Assembly: GCA_022703645.1 (NCBI GenBank)
Contig: JAKLDG010000001.1
Coordinates: 573,393-637,392 of the forward strand
Length of the DNA: 64,000 nt
Source: Patescibacteria group bacterium
Lineage (GTDB): Bacteria; Patescibacteriota; JACPGU01
Direction of reading: 5' to 3'
How positions within the stretch are numbered: the stretch's first letter is position 1; every line of letters begins with the position of its first letter. The translations under genes and the position numbers were made by a program. The notes beneath the pieces are model-generated. The model ran no database searches, was not told the DNA's origin, and saw nothing but the letters and a program-made list of their open reading frames with translations. Below are positions 9,885 through 24,222 of the stretch, one piece after another.

Positions 9885-10475
9885 CTAAATAAATTTCTTT
9901 AAAACTTGCGCGTCTTCAATTAAAACTTTCTTCATATTAGGATTATACGTCGCAACAGCCGGATGGTAAAGTGAAACTATCTTTACTGGGTAACTAAATG
10001 AAGGCGAATCAAAAGTCTGGCCATGAATTTTGCTAATTCCAACCAATTTATCGCCTAATCCAAATTGCTCAAAAATGAATCCTGCTGCGTGATTCCCCAT
10101 CGCGCAAATTATTTTAGGCTGAATAATCTCAATCTGCCTTTTCAAATAATCAACACATGCTAGTTTTTCCATTGGATTCGGATCGCGGTTGCCCGGCGGT
10201 CGGCATTTTAGGACGTTGCAAATATAAACATTTTCTCTTTTTAATCCGACTGATTCAATAACTTCATCCAAAATTTTCCCCGCTCTTCCGCAAAAAGGAA
10301 CTCCTGTAGCGTCTTCGTTTGCGCCGGGAGCTTCACCAACAAACATAATATGCGCGTCGTGATTCCCCACTCCGACAACTGGCAATGTTCGCGTTGCAAA
10401 AAGAGGACATTTCGTGCAGGCAACAACTTCGTCTTTAATTTTTTTAAGTTGTTCCGTTTTATTTTGAATATTCAT
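9885..10475 (-). CDS. Uracil-DNA glycosylase, family 4 (Fe-S type)
   Basis: VACTKCPL...FVGEAPG...FCGRAG...CNVLKCRPPGNR...LYHPA: family-4 UDG motifs. Confidence 0.85.
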   Translation of the reverse strand: MNIQNKTEQLKKIKDEVVACTKCPLFATRTLPVVGVGNHDAHIMFVGEAPGANEDATGVPFCGRAGKILDEVIESVGLKRENVYICNVLKCRPPGNRDPNPMEKLACVDYLKRQIEIIQPKIICAMGNHAAGFIFEQFGLGDKLVGISKIHGQTFDSPSFSYPVKIVSLYHPAVATYNPNMKKVLIEDAQVLKKFI

Positions 10476-10479
10476 TCTA

Positions 10480-10636
10480 TCTATTTTATTTATTTTAAAT
10501 AATTTTGTAATTTTTAATTTTTGAATTTTGTAAATAATTTATTAAATCTTAATTTTTAAATTCTCTTCGAAGATATTCTGTTTAAAAATTTGAAAATTAG
10601 AATTTATTTAAAAATTAAAAATTGCAAAATTAAAAA
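10480..10636. repeat. Intergenic AT-rich simple-repeat tract of the AAAATT/GAAAATT family
   Basis: tttgaattttgtaaat...tttgaaaattagaatttatttaaaaattaaaaattgcaaaattaaaaatt. Confidence 0.45.
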
Positions 10637-11263
10637 TTATCTTTTCAAAATTTCAGGAACCGGGATTCCCGCATATTCTTTTAATAAACCTTTTCCATAA
10701 ACAAGACGTGAGAAACATTCCGCTTCAAGCTTCGCGTCTTCAAGCGCGTTGTGCTCTTTCCTGTTGTCAATCATTCCACAAAGTTCGAGTGTTTTAGATA
10801 GTCCAAAATCCGAATGCCCGTTTTTAAATAAAAAATCTTTTTTTAAATCAAAGTATTTTAAATGCGCCACAGTATACAGATCCATACATCGATAAGAAAA
10901 AGGCAGACTCAATCCATATTTATCAGCCTTTGTTTTCATAAAAGCATAATCGAATTGAGGATTTTGACAAATCAGATCTTTTTCTTCGATTTCACTCACC
11001 CATTGAAAAAAATGTTCCAAAAGTTCCTTTTCACTTTGAGCGTTTTTATTCTTCATTTGTTCTTCACCTATTCCCAATAAATCCGTAACACTTTTTGAAT
11101 CCAGCATATTATCCGAATTTACAATAGTATATTCGTCCCCCAGTTTTGCGTCTTGCAAAAAAGTGTTGCCTGGATTTTTAATATCAATAGCGCCAATCTG
11201 AATTATTCCACACTTATTATAATCAACCCCGCTCGTTTCGATATCTACAACTATCATACACAT
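10637..11263 (-). CDS. DnaQ-like 3'-5' exonuclease (DEDDh family)
   Basis: Exo I VVDIETSG, Exo II NPQFDYAF, Exo III HNALEDAKL. Confidence 0.8.
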   Translation of the reverse strand: MCMIVVDIETSGVDYNKCGIIQIGAIDIKNPGNTFLQDAKLGDEYTIVNSDNMLDSKSVTDLLGIGEEQMKNKNAQSEKELLEHFFQWVSEIEEKDLICQNPQFDYAFMKTKADKYGLSLPFSYRCMDLYTVAHLKYFDLKKDFLFKNGHSDFGLSKTLELCGMIDNRKEHNALEDAKLEAECFSRLVYGKGLLKEYAGIPVPEILKR

Positions 11264-11309
11264 TCTCCCATTCGCGAAAATTAGTCTTAATTCGAAATAA
11301 TTCGCGATT

Positions 11310-11795
11310 TTATTTTTTAAAAAGAAGCCAGCTATCTCTATTTGCTGAAAAATTAGTTTTTATCATTACGTAATCCCCTTTCAGCTTTTTTCCAGAAAGC
11401 GTGAATTCCAAAATTTTAATTTTCTTTCTTTCAAACTCCATTTTCATTTTTGAAAACTTTCCACTATCCCAAATCTTAACAGTTCCCGCGCCATAATTTC
11501 CTTCCGGAATATTTCCTTCAAAGTCAATATATTCCACCGGATGATCTTCGGTGGCAACTGCGAGATGTTTGATTCCCACTTCAGTCGGAACACCTTTTGG
11601 CACTGCCCAAGATTTGAGGACGATTGAACCGCTCCTCCACTCTTCCGGTAATTCCAAGCGAAAATCGTAGTGCAGATTTCTTGCATGATGTTCTTGTACA
11701 ACAAATCTATTCTTGCCTTTTACAATATCAATCTTCCCCTGCGGTTCAGTGGTTTTTTTGAAACTTCTTTTTTTGTGATATTTTTCGAGTGCCAT
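11310..11795 (-). CDS. Stand-alone LigD-type 3'-phosphoesterase domain protein
   Basis: RFVVQEHHARNLHYDFRLE and LEKYHKKRSFKKTTEP match the LigD PE hallmark; track start is TTG at 11813, likelier ATG at 11793-11795 (MALEKY). Confidence 0.78.
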   Translation of the reverse strand: MALEKYHKKRSFKKTTEPQGKIDIVKGKNRFVVQEHHARNLHYDFRLELPEEWRSGSIVLKSWAVPKGVPTEVGIKHLAVATEDHPVEYIDFEGNIPEGNYGAGTVKIWDSGKFSKMKMEFERKKIKILEFTLSGKKLKGDYVMIKTNFSANRDSWLLFKK

Positions 11796-11842
11796 AAAAA
11801 AATTATACCACAAATTTTTGCAAATAAAAAAATAGGTTCAAT

Positions 11843-11952
<110 letters not shown>

Positions 11953-12029
11953 ACTGAATCTATTTCTTATTTTTTTAATCAAGTAAAACTATATCTTTTT
12001 GAAAATTAATTTAATGCTCTAAATGTTGC

Positions 12030-15231
<3,202 letters not shown>

Positions 15232-15724
15232 AATTTGCAACATTCAAAGCACTAACTGCTTAATATTGCTAACCTTGTTAATCTTCATGTTAGTTACATA
15301 TATTTTTACTCGATTTTCACATAGAATACTGTCGGCTGATCAAAATCAGATACGATATTCTATATGAATATATTATTAACGTTCGCTAGACAATCTCCTC
15401 TTGCTTTACTTTGCTAGCTTTATATCTCGTTTTCCAACAAGTTATCGAGCCAACAAACTAATCCCTAAAAATAAAAAATACCGCTCTATAAGCGGCTTTC
15501 TTCACACAAAGAAAACTTTTTTCTCACTTCCGCTTATATATTTTTTGATTGTAGTTTTTTAGAAACATTTATTTTTAGGCTAAAATATAATTATTTTTAC
15601 CTGTAAAAGCTATTTTATATCAATTATTGACCGCGGTCAACAACATTTTTTATCAGGTTAAAAATATGTTATTACTATTACTTTTAAAAATAACATATTA
15701 TATACTATTTGTCAATACACTTAA

Positions 15725-15796
15725 TGGACCCTAGCGGAATCGAACCGCTATCTCCTCGGTGCAAACGAGGTGTTATAGCCATTAGACTAAGGGCCC
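15725..15796 (-). tRNA. tRNA-Ala (anticodon TGC)
   Basis: GGGCCCTTAGTCTAATGGCTATAACACCTCGTTTGCACCGAGGAGATAGCGGTTCGATTCCGCTAGGGTCCA; G3:U70 identity pair; no encoded CCA. Confidence 0.9.
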
Positions 15797-15943
15797 ACGT
15801 CGTGGTTTACTGCGTTAGCCTTCATAAAAATTTATTAAAATTTTTCTTTCAGCAACTTCGCAATCACTCCTTTTATGAAAAAATCCTACTAATATATTAT
15901 TGTATAGATTTTTTCATTATTTTTTAACTTTCTAACTATCATT

Positions 15944-16180
15944 TTACTGACCAAATACACTCGCTAAATTTAATATCTTATCAATCGCGCCAAATGTATA
16001 TAAAACCGTAACCACCATTATAATTAAACCTATCAACTTCCACATTGTATATGTACCTGTCGGCCCAAAATATCTTTCTGCCATTGAGCTTCTACCTAAT
16101 ATTCCTGCAAACCATCTATGGTAATAAATAACAACAAACCCCAAACCCATTCCCACAATAAAGATAAAAAACTTAAACAT
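15944..16180 (-). CDS. Small hydrophobic (2-TM-like) protein ORF inside the rRNA spacer
   Basis: 78-aa ORF MFKFFIFIVGMGLGFVVIYYHRWFAG...; composition not AT-junk-like (G, W, R present); no convincing SD. Confidence 0.35.
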   Translation of the reverse strand: MFKFFIFIVGMGLGFVVIYYHRWFAGILGRSSMAERYFGPTGTYTMWKLIGLIIMVVTVLYTFGAIDKILNLASVFGQ

Positions 16181-16218
16181 GTTGCATTTTTATTTATAAC
16201 CTTAACGATTTTTCAAAG

Positions 16219-16292
16219 TGGGCGTGGGAGGACTCGAACCTCCGACCTTTACATTATCAGTGTAACGCTCTAACCACCTGAGCTACACGCCC
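16219..16292 (-). tRNA. tRNA-Ile (anticodon GAT)
   Basis: GGGCGTGTAGCTCAGGTGGTTAGAGCGTTACACTGATAATGTAAAGGTCGGAGGTTCGAGTCCTCCCACGCCCA. Confidence 0.9.
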
Positions 16293-16631
16293 TCGTCAGG
16301 ATGAGCTCCACATACGAGCTAAAATCGATTACGATTTTCTTTCTCACGTTACGCTATCCTTCCTCTGACAAAGAAATTCTATTTTTTATCTTTGTGGTAT
16401 AAATTTCTTTGTGATTAACCACATCCCAATCATTCTATCTTATTAAAAAAATAACTGCAATCCGGGTTTTTAAAACAGTAAAAACGTCCTTACAAAAAGA
16501 CGTTTTACATGTTAACATTTCAAATTCTTTTTCCTTAAGAATCCGAAAACGACAAAAAACTTTTAACCTGAGTTTCATATATAAATATACGAACGACCTA
16601 CAACTGTTATTCTCATAACAGTGTTTCTCCT

Positions 16632-18127
<1,496 letters not shown>

Positions 18128-18315
18128 AAGTTGAGAGCTTAACAAGCTCTTAAAAAAATTTCAAAATAATTAACAGGTCATGTTTCTTGTCGTTTTCGAG
18201 TTCTTAAGGTTCTATTTGCCTTAATCAATAATTTGCCGAAAATAAACACATTCCAAAAATCGCTTTTCGAATGTTGGTTTTTGTGTTTTTTTCCGCAATT
18301 AAAAAGCTATATTCT

Positions 18316-18344
18316 ATTTTATATCCTAAAAACATTACTGTCAA
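18316..18344 (-). promoter_or_regulatory. Candidate rRNA operon promoter (-35 TTGACA, 17-nt spacer, -10 TAAAAT)
   Basis: Minus-strand ttgacagtaatgtttttaggatataaaat, ~190 nt upstream of the 16S 5' end; -35 sits in palindrome TTACTGTCAACAGTAA. Confidence 0.45.
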
Positions 18345-18408
18345 CAGTAAATTTATTTGAAATTTTTTTCCTTCTTACTACTTGCCTATTTACAACCTAC
18401 TACTTATT

Positions 18409-19686
18409 CTAAAATCTTTTTCTCCCCCCGCTATGATAAATAACATTTGCAATACCAAAAATTACCACGAATGAAGATATCGAAAAAAGAACTGCTTTAA
18501 TATGAAATCGGTCTGCAATGTATCCAATAATAAGAACTGGGAGCATATTCACTACATTTGTGATCATATTTAGAAACCCAAAAACTCTACCCATCATCCC
18601 CTTCTCTGTGTTCTCCTGCAAAATCGTCTGAGAAGGAGCAATAATTGCCATCGCCCCAAAGCCAACCATTGCAAGCAACACCGCAATTATACCTGTTTTG
18701 AAAAAAGTGTGAATGTAATCATATGTATCAGGAGAATTTTTGAAAATAACTTCTCGAACCTCTGGAATCAGAGAAATTACCATAGCAGAAAAACCAACAA
18801 GGAATATTCCAAAACTGATAATATGTTTTTTTGCTGTCTTTTTTGAAAGGTAGTCTACCACTAGTACCCCTCCGGCAGTACCAATTACTGCTGGCAGCAC
18901 CACCATTCTACCTGCATCTGCAGTAGGAATATGTAGGATCTCATTAGTTAATGGCGGTACTAAAACATAAGCTACTCCAAAAGCAATCCAGATAAAAACA
19001 AGATATATTATCGGCATATAAACCCCAGCGGTATTTTTTATTAAATGCCAACCTGATAAAAAGTCCTTTTTCAAACCATCAAAAAGCAGCTCTTTTGTAA
19101 CATGCTTAATTTTTGGTTTATCATAGGGCAGAAAAAACAAAATAATCGCCGATAATAAGAATCCAATCGATATTATCACAAATTGATTATACCCATGCAC
19201 ATATTGAATAGCGCTAACAAGAGAAAAACCAAATATCATCGCACCATAATTGGTAGATATATATAGAGAATTCGCTGCGAGATAATCATTTTGATGTACT
19301 ATCGCCGGTATTCTTGCTGCCTCGGATGGCAAGAAAAACTGCATTGCGCTGCTAATCATAAATGTAAGAATATAAACAAACCATAGATTAAATCCAACAA
19401 AAATAAAACCAAGAGCCAAAACAGCACGCAAAAAATTTACCGTATACATGATTTTCTTCTGAGAAAAACGGTCAGCCAGAACCCCCGCATAAATACTAAA
19501 TAGAACAGAAGGCACAGTAAAACAAAGTATGAGAATGCTTACTTTGAGATTTGAACCTGTTATATCATATACCTTAACAACGAGAAGAAAGTTTAGAAGA
19601 TTATTTGCCGTCTGTGAAAAAATCTGAGCTATCCAGATTTTCAGAAAATTTTTATTCTTGAATACATTCGCGAATCCACTCAACAT
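18409..19686 (-). CDS. MFS-family transporter
   Basis: 425 aa, about 12 hydrophobic segments, MFS-like organisation. Confidence 0.8.
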   Translation of the reverse strand: MLSGFANVFKNKNFLKIWIAQIFSQTANNLLNFLLVVKVYDITGSNLKVSILILCFTVPSVLFSIYAGVLADRFSQKKIMYTVNFLRAVLALGFIFVGFNLWFVYILTFMISSAMQFFLPSEAARIPAIVHQNDYLAANSLYISTNYGAMIFGFSLVSAIQYVHGYNQFVIISIGFLLSAIILFFLPYDKPKIKHVTKELLFDGLKKDFLSGWHLIKNTAGVYMPIIYLVFIWIAFGVAYVLVPPLTNEILHIPTADAGRMVVLPAVIGTAGGVLVVDYLSKKTAKKHIISFGIFLVGFSAMVISLIPEVREVIFKNSPDTYDYIHTFFKTGIIAVLLAMVGFGAMAIIAPSQTILQENTEKGMMGRVFGFLNMITNVVNMLPVLIIGYIADRFHIKAVLFSISSFVVIFGIANVIYHSGGRKRF

Positions 19687-19712
19687 ATTTGTTTTTATTT
19701 AATATTAATGTT

Positions 19713-19777
19713 GTCATCCTCAAACACTGAAGTAGTAGAGAGTTGTTCGGGGATCCAGTTCAACAAGACTATAAATA
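19713..19777. repeat. Solo copy of the GTCATCCTC-N26-CGGGGATCC unit (same family as 4759-4895)
   Basis: gtcatcctc...cggggatccagttcaacaaga.tataaata; the 21-mer cggggatccagttcaacaaga is identical to the right arm of the 4759-4895 element in reverse complement. Confidence 0.6.
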
Positions 19778-19784
19778 ATACTCT

Positions 19785-20384
19785 TTATTTCTTCACTATC
19801 TTATCAATTATTCCATATTTAATTGCTTCTTCGGGATTCATAAAGAAATCTCTATCTGTATCTTTTTCTATCTTTGATAATGGCTGCTTGGTATCGCGCG
19901 CCAAAGTTTCATTAATCATTTTTTTAATTCTCAAAATTTCCTTTGTTTGAATCTCGATATCGGTCGCCTGCCCTTCGGATCCACCCATTACTTGGTGGAT
20001 CATTATCCTACTATTTGGCAAAGCGAATCTTTTTCCGCGAGCTCCACCAGCCAAAAGTACTGCAGCGGCAGATGCAGCTTGACCTATACATATAGTAGAG
20101 ACATCGGGCTTCACATATTGCATGGTGTCATAAATAGCCATTCCAGCAGTTACCGCTCCACCCGGAGAATTTATATATAATTGTATATCTTTTTTACTAT
20201 CTTCGCCAGAGAGAAAAAGCAATTGAGCAATTACAAGATTTGCCACATCATCATTGATTGGCGAACCAAGAAATATGATGCGATCTTTTAGTAGTCGCGA
20301 AAATATATCATAAGCTCTCTCATATCCGGCTTTTTGCTCTACTACCATTGGAACTAATGTTGAATTTTTTGTGTTATTTAGCAT
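19785..20384 (-). CDS. clpP: ATP-dependent Clp protease proteolytic subunit
   Basis: 199 aa; [17 protein letters not shown] (Ser), MIHQ (His) motifs. Confidence 0.95.
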   Translation of the reverse strand: MLNNTKNSTLVPMVVEQKAGYERAYDIFSRLLKDRIIFLGSPINDDVANLVIAQLLFLSGEDSKKDIQLYINSPGGAVTAGMAIYDTMQYVKPDVSTICIGQAASAAAVLLAGGARGKRFALPNSRIMIHQVMGGSEGQATDIEIQTKEILRIKKMINETLARDTKQPLSKIEKDTDRDFFMNPEEAIKYGIIDKIVKK

Positions 20385-20479
20385 ATTTTTCTCCTTTCTA
20401 TCAATCTATTATACTATGTCTAAAAAATCTTTGCAACAAAAAGGAGCTTTTATAAAAAAGCCCCTTTTGATATTATTAG

Positions 20480-21520
20480 CTAAAGCAAACCCTTCTCCAC
20501 CTTTTCCAGATCATCCTCCATCATCATTTTTGCTAATTTTTTGAAAGTTACTTTCGGTGTCCAACCCAAAACTTTTTTCGCCTTGGAGTTGTCACCAAGA
20601 AGCAGTGGCACTTCACCGGGTCGGAAGAATTCCGGGTTAATCCTAACTAATACTTTTCCGGTTTTTTTATCTTTACCGATTTCTTTTTCATCCTTCCCTT
20701 CCCAAACTATCTCATATCCTGCGACTCTGAACGATTCTTCGACGAATTCGCGGACCGTGTGAGTCTCACCGGTTGAAATGACATAGTCATCAGCTTTATC
20801 CTGTTGAAGCATTTCATACATCACTTCAACATAATCACCGGCAAAACCCCAGTCGCGTTTGGCATCCATGTTGCCCAGCTCGAGAACCTCTTGCTTCCCT
20901 GCTTTGATTCTTGCTACTGCAATCGTGATTTTGCGAGTGACAAAATCCTCTCCCCTGCGTGGCGATTCGTGATTGAATAGTATCCCATTGCAGGCGAAAA
21001 TTCCATAAGATTCGCGATAAAGTTTTATCATGTGAAATGCCGCAAGTTTCGCAATAGCGTATGGCGAGTGCGGATTGAAAGGCGTTTTCTCATTTTGCGG
21101 TTCTGTCCCCGGATCACCACCAAAAAGCTCTGAGGTTGACGCCTGATATATCTTTATCTTCTGATCTACCGCTCGAATAATTTCAAGCAGTATCCAAACG
21201 CTTTTGCCTGTCATGTCCAGCGTTGTCAGAGGAGTTTTGAAACTGGATCCGACATGCGACTGCGCTGCGAGATTATAAATCTCGTCCGGTTTTTCTGTTT
21301 CGATAATTCTGCGAAGAGATTCGTACTCCATCAAATCGCCTTCGATAATTTTTATCTTGTTTCTTGTCTCGCCCAGTCTCCAGTAATCTCGCTCGCTACA
21401 TCTGCGATCAAGTCCCACGACATCATAACCTTTTTTTACCAATAATTCCGCGAGATAACTTCCGTCTTGCCCGGTAACACCCGTAATAAATGCTTTCTTT
21501 TTAATGTTCATGATTTTCAC
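20480..21520 (-). CDS. gmd: GDP-mannose 4,6-dehydratase
   Basis: AFITGVTGQDGSYLAELL, YQASTSELFG, YAIAKL..., GILFNHESPRRGE. Confidence 0.9.
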   Translation of the reverse strand: MKIMNIKKKAFITGVTGQDGSYLAELLVKKGYDVVGLDRRCSERDYWRLGETRNKIKIIEGDLMEYESLRRIIETEKPDEIYNLAAQSHVGSSFKTPLTTLDMTGKSVWILLEIIRAVDQKIKIYQASTSELFGGDPGTEPQNEKTPFNPHSPYAIAKLAAFHMIKLYRESYGIFACNGILFNHESPRRGEDFVTRKITIAVARIKAGKQEVLELGNMDAKRDWGFAGDYVEVMYEMLQQDKADDYVISTGETHTVREFVEESFRVAGYEIVWEGKDEKEIGKDKKTGKVLVRINPEFFRPGEVPLLLGDNSKAKKVLGWTPKVTFKKLAKMMMEDDLEKVEKGLL

Positions 21521-21531
21521 CCCTTATATAT

Positions 21532-22878
21532 TTATTTTTTATTTACTTGCTCCATGATATATTCCATCGTCTTTCTCGCCAAAACCGCATTTTTTACAGA
21601 CGCGAGAAATTCTTCATCTTTATATCTTTCTTTAATTTTCTCTTCTATCTCAACAGCTTTATCATGCGGCGCTCCGGCAGTTTGAGAAACAATATCCATA
21701 CTCATTGCCTCTTCAATATCTTTTTCGCTTATATCAACCTTTTCATCCTTTTTTATTTGGCCCATTACGAGTCCCATCTTAACATTATTAATTGCATTGT
21801 CAGTGAAACCATCGCGGAATTCTTTTTCACTTTTACCAAGTGATGCGATATAATCAACGAACTTAATTCCTTTGTGATGCTCCAGATCATGAACAAATCT
21901 TTGCATGATCATATCTTTTTCTTGTTCAATTAAAGTATCAGGAATTTCGATTTTTGAAACGCCAATTACTGCTTGCAAAGCTTCATCTTCAACTCTCATT
22001 CTCTCAGCATCTCTTTTTCTGTTGAGAATATCTCCCGCTATCGCCTCTTTTAATTGCTCCACCTTTTCAAATCCAAAATTCTCAGCAAATTTATCATTTA
22101 CCTCAGGTAATATAATTTTTCTTATTTCGTTTAATTTGATCTGAAATTTAACTTTTTTATCCGCTAATGATTTTTCAAAATAGTTCGCAGGGAATGTTGA
22201 ATCAAATTCTTTTTCTGTTTCCGGTTTTAATCCAACTAACTCTTCTTCGAATCCCGGAATAAAGTTTGCTTCACCGATTACAAGCGCAAAACTTTTTGCT
22301 TGGAATTTCTTTAATTGCTCCGGCGTGAATTTTTCTTTTTCGGCAACATCAATATCTATTGAAATCCAATCTCCTTTTTCGCTCACTCCATCTTTTTTCT
22401 CTAGATCCGCAAATTGCTTCTTCAATCCCTCTATGACTTCTTCTATTTCTTTATCTTCTATCTCTATATCTTTAACTTTTAACTTTTCTTGTTTTATTTT
22501 TAACTCCTTCTTCCAGTCTCCGAGCTCGACTTCGGGCAATATATCCACTTCCCCTTCCCAGTCCAGACCTTTCTCTTCGCTCAGCTCATTAATCTTAATA
22601 TTTTCCGGACGCGAAAGCGGAGTGATGTTTTGACTGGTTACCATTTCAAAATATGAATCGTTAATTATAAGATCTTGCGCTTCGTTTTTTATCGCTCCCT
22701 CTCCGATTGCATCTTTCGCAATATCAGCTGGAACTTTCCCAGGACGAAAACCAGACAGCTTAAGATCTGCAGCTAATTTTTCAGTCGCTCTATCAAAATA
22801 CTTATGTACTTCTTCGCCAGTTCCGGTAATTTGAAACTTAATTTTACTCTTTGGTTGTTTTGTTACTTTGAAATCCAA
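21532..22878 (-). CDS. tig: Trigger factor
   Basis: 448 aa; N-terminal GFRPGKVP ribosome-binding motif; acidic C-terminal half. Confidence 0.88.
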   Translation of the reverse strand: MDFKVTKQPKSKIKFQITGTGEEVHKYFDRATEKLAADLKLSGFRPGKVPADIAKDAIGEGAIKNEAQDLIINDSYFEMVTSQNITPLSRPENIKINELSEEKGLDWEGEVDILPEVELGDWKKELKIKQEKLKVKDIEIEDKEIEEVIEGLKKQFADLEKKDGVSEKGDWISIDIDVAEKEKFTPEQLKKFQAKSFALVIGEANFIPGFEEELVGLKPETEKEFDSTFPANYFEKSLADKKVKFQIKLNEIRKIILPEVNDKFAENFGFEKVEQLKEAIAGDILNRKRDAERMRVEDEALQAVIGVSKIEIPDTLIEQEKDMIMQRFVHDLEHHKGIKFVDYIASLGKSEKEFRDGFTDNAINNVKMGLVMGQIKKDEKVDISEKDIEEAMSMDIVSQTAGAPHDKAVEIEEKIKERYKDEEFLASVKNAVLARKTMEYIMEQVNKK

Positions 22879-23057
22879 AATGCCTCCTTGAACTAATTTA
22901 ATTATATCTTTTAATTTATTGATTTATTGCTTTCTTGATTACTTGTTTTAAACATCGTATCAAAAAAACGGCTCTTTCGCAATAAAAAAAGCCATCGCAG
23001 AGTTTGTATTCGGAACATTACTCCTGCATGAAACTATAATGTATATTAAAAAATTTA

Positions 23058-23984
23058 TCACAAATATTGAATTTCTTCTTCTAAATTTATATTAAATTTA
23101 TCGCGCACTTTCATTTTTATAATTCCAACTAATTGTGATAATTCATCGCTAGTCCCCTTGCCTTTATTTAAAATAATTCCTGCGTGTTTTTCACTCACAC
23201 AAATATCCCCAACACAAAATCCCTTTAAATCGCATTGATCGATTAGCCACGCAGCAGGAACAATTTTTTTTGTAACAAATTGATCGGGTATTTCAGAAAA
23301 TTTTTTCTTTAATATTTTTATTTCCCTTTCTTTTAATTCAACATTCTTGAAAAAACTTCCCGCGTTATACCCCCCTTTAAATTTATCTCCTCTTTCATTT
23401 TTTATTTTATCTATTTTTTCTTTTGCTGATTTTAATCTTTCAGTATTTCCTTTTTCTAATTTAATCTTTATTCCTAAAATAATATTCTCATCCTTTTTGA
23501 AAATACTTTCGCGATAACCAAATCCACATTCTTTATTTTTTAATTTAACAATTTTTCCGTTTCGCAAAACCGTAACCGCTTCAATACCATCTTTCATCTC
23601 TCCGCCATACGCTCCAGCATTTCCTCGTACCGCTCCACCCACAGTCCCCGGAATCCCCCACGCCCATTCCATGCCGATTAAACCATTTTTCATACTCTCA
23701 CTCACAACCTTAGCCAATGATACTCCTGCGTCGCATTCTATATATTCTTTGAAAATTGAAAATTGAAAATTGAAAATTTTGATGATAATCCCCTTGTATC
23801 CTTCGTCGCTCGCAATAACGTTAGAACCACCACCAAGGATAAAATATGACAAACTATTTTCTTCCGCAAATTCTAAAGCTTCTTTCAGCTCCTCAATGCT
23901 TTTCACTTCACAAAAATACCGCGCCGGTCCCCCGATATGAAATGTTGTATGTTTTGCTATGTTTTCATTTTCTATAATTCCCAT
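23058..23984 (-). CDS. murB: UDP-N-acetylenolpyruvoylglucosamine reductase
   Basis: FILGGGSNV, GMEWAWGIPGTVGGAVRGNAGAYGGE; in-frame (GAAAATT)x4 insert encoding FNFQFSIF. Confidence 0.88.
   Translation of the reverse strand: MGIIENENIAKHTTFHIGGPARYFCEVKSIEELKEALEFAEENSLSYFILGGGSNVIASDEGYKGIIIKIFNFQFSIFKEYIECDAGVSLAKVVSESMKNGLIGMEWAWGIPGTVGGAVRGNAGAYGGEMKDGIEAVTVLRNGKIVKLKNKECGFGYRESIFKKDENIILGIKIKLEKGNTERLKSAKEKIDKIKNERGDKFKGGYNAGSFFKNVELKEREIKILKKKFSEIPDQFVTKKIVPAAWLIDQCDLKGFCVGDICVSEKHAGIILNKGKGTSDELSQLVGIIKMKVRDKFNINLEEEIQYL
23751..23778. repeat. Perfect (GAAAATT)x4 heptamer tandem repeat inside murB coding sequence
   Basis: gaaaattgaaaattgaaaattgaaaatt read directly. Confidence 0.7.
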
Positions 23985-24222
23985 AATATAATTTTACCAT
24001 AAATACCATAAAGGCGCGATTATGACCGCTTTTAAGTATAAAGTGTTATATTATCAATATCAATTTATTTTAAGTATGGCACAATAAACGTCATTCGTGG
24101 CATCTCATTTAAAATTTAAAAATAATATATTGTCTGTTTTATTTTTACATATTGTTTAGTATTTATAAAAAGCATATAATATCATTGTGATGTATCTTAC
24201 GTCATAAATAAATTATAAAAAT

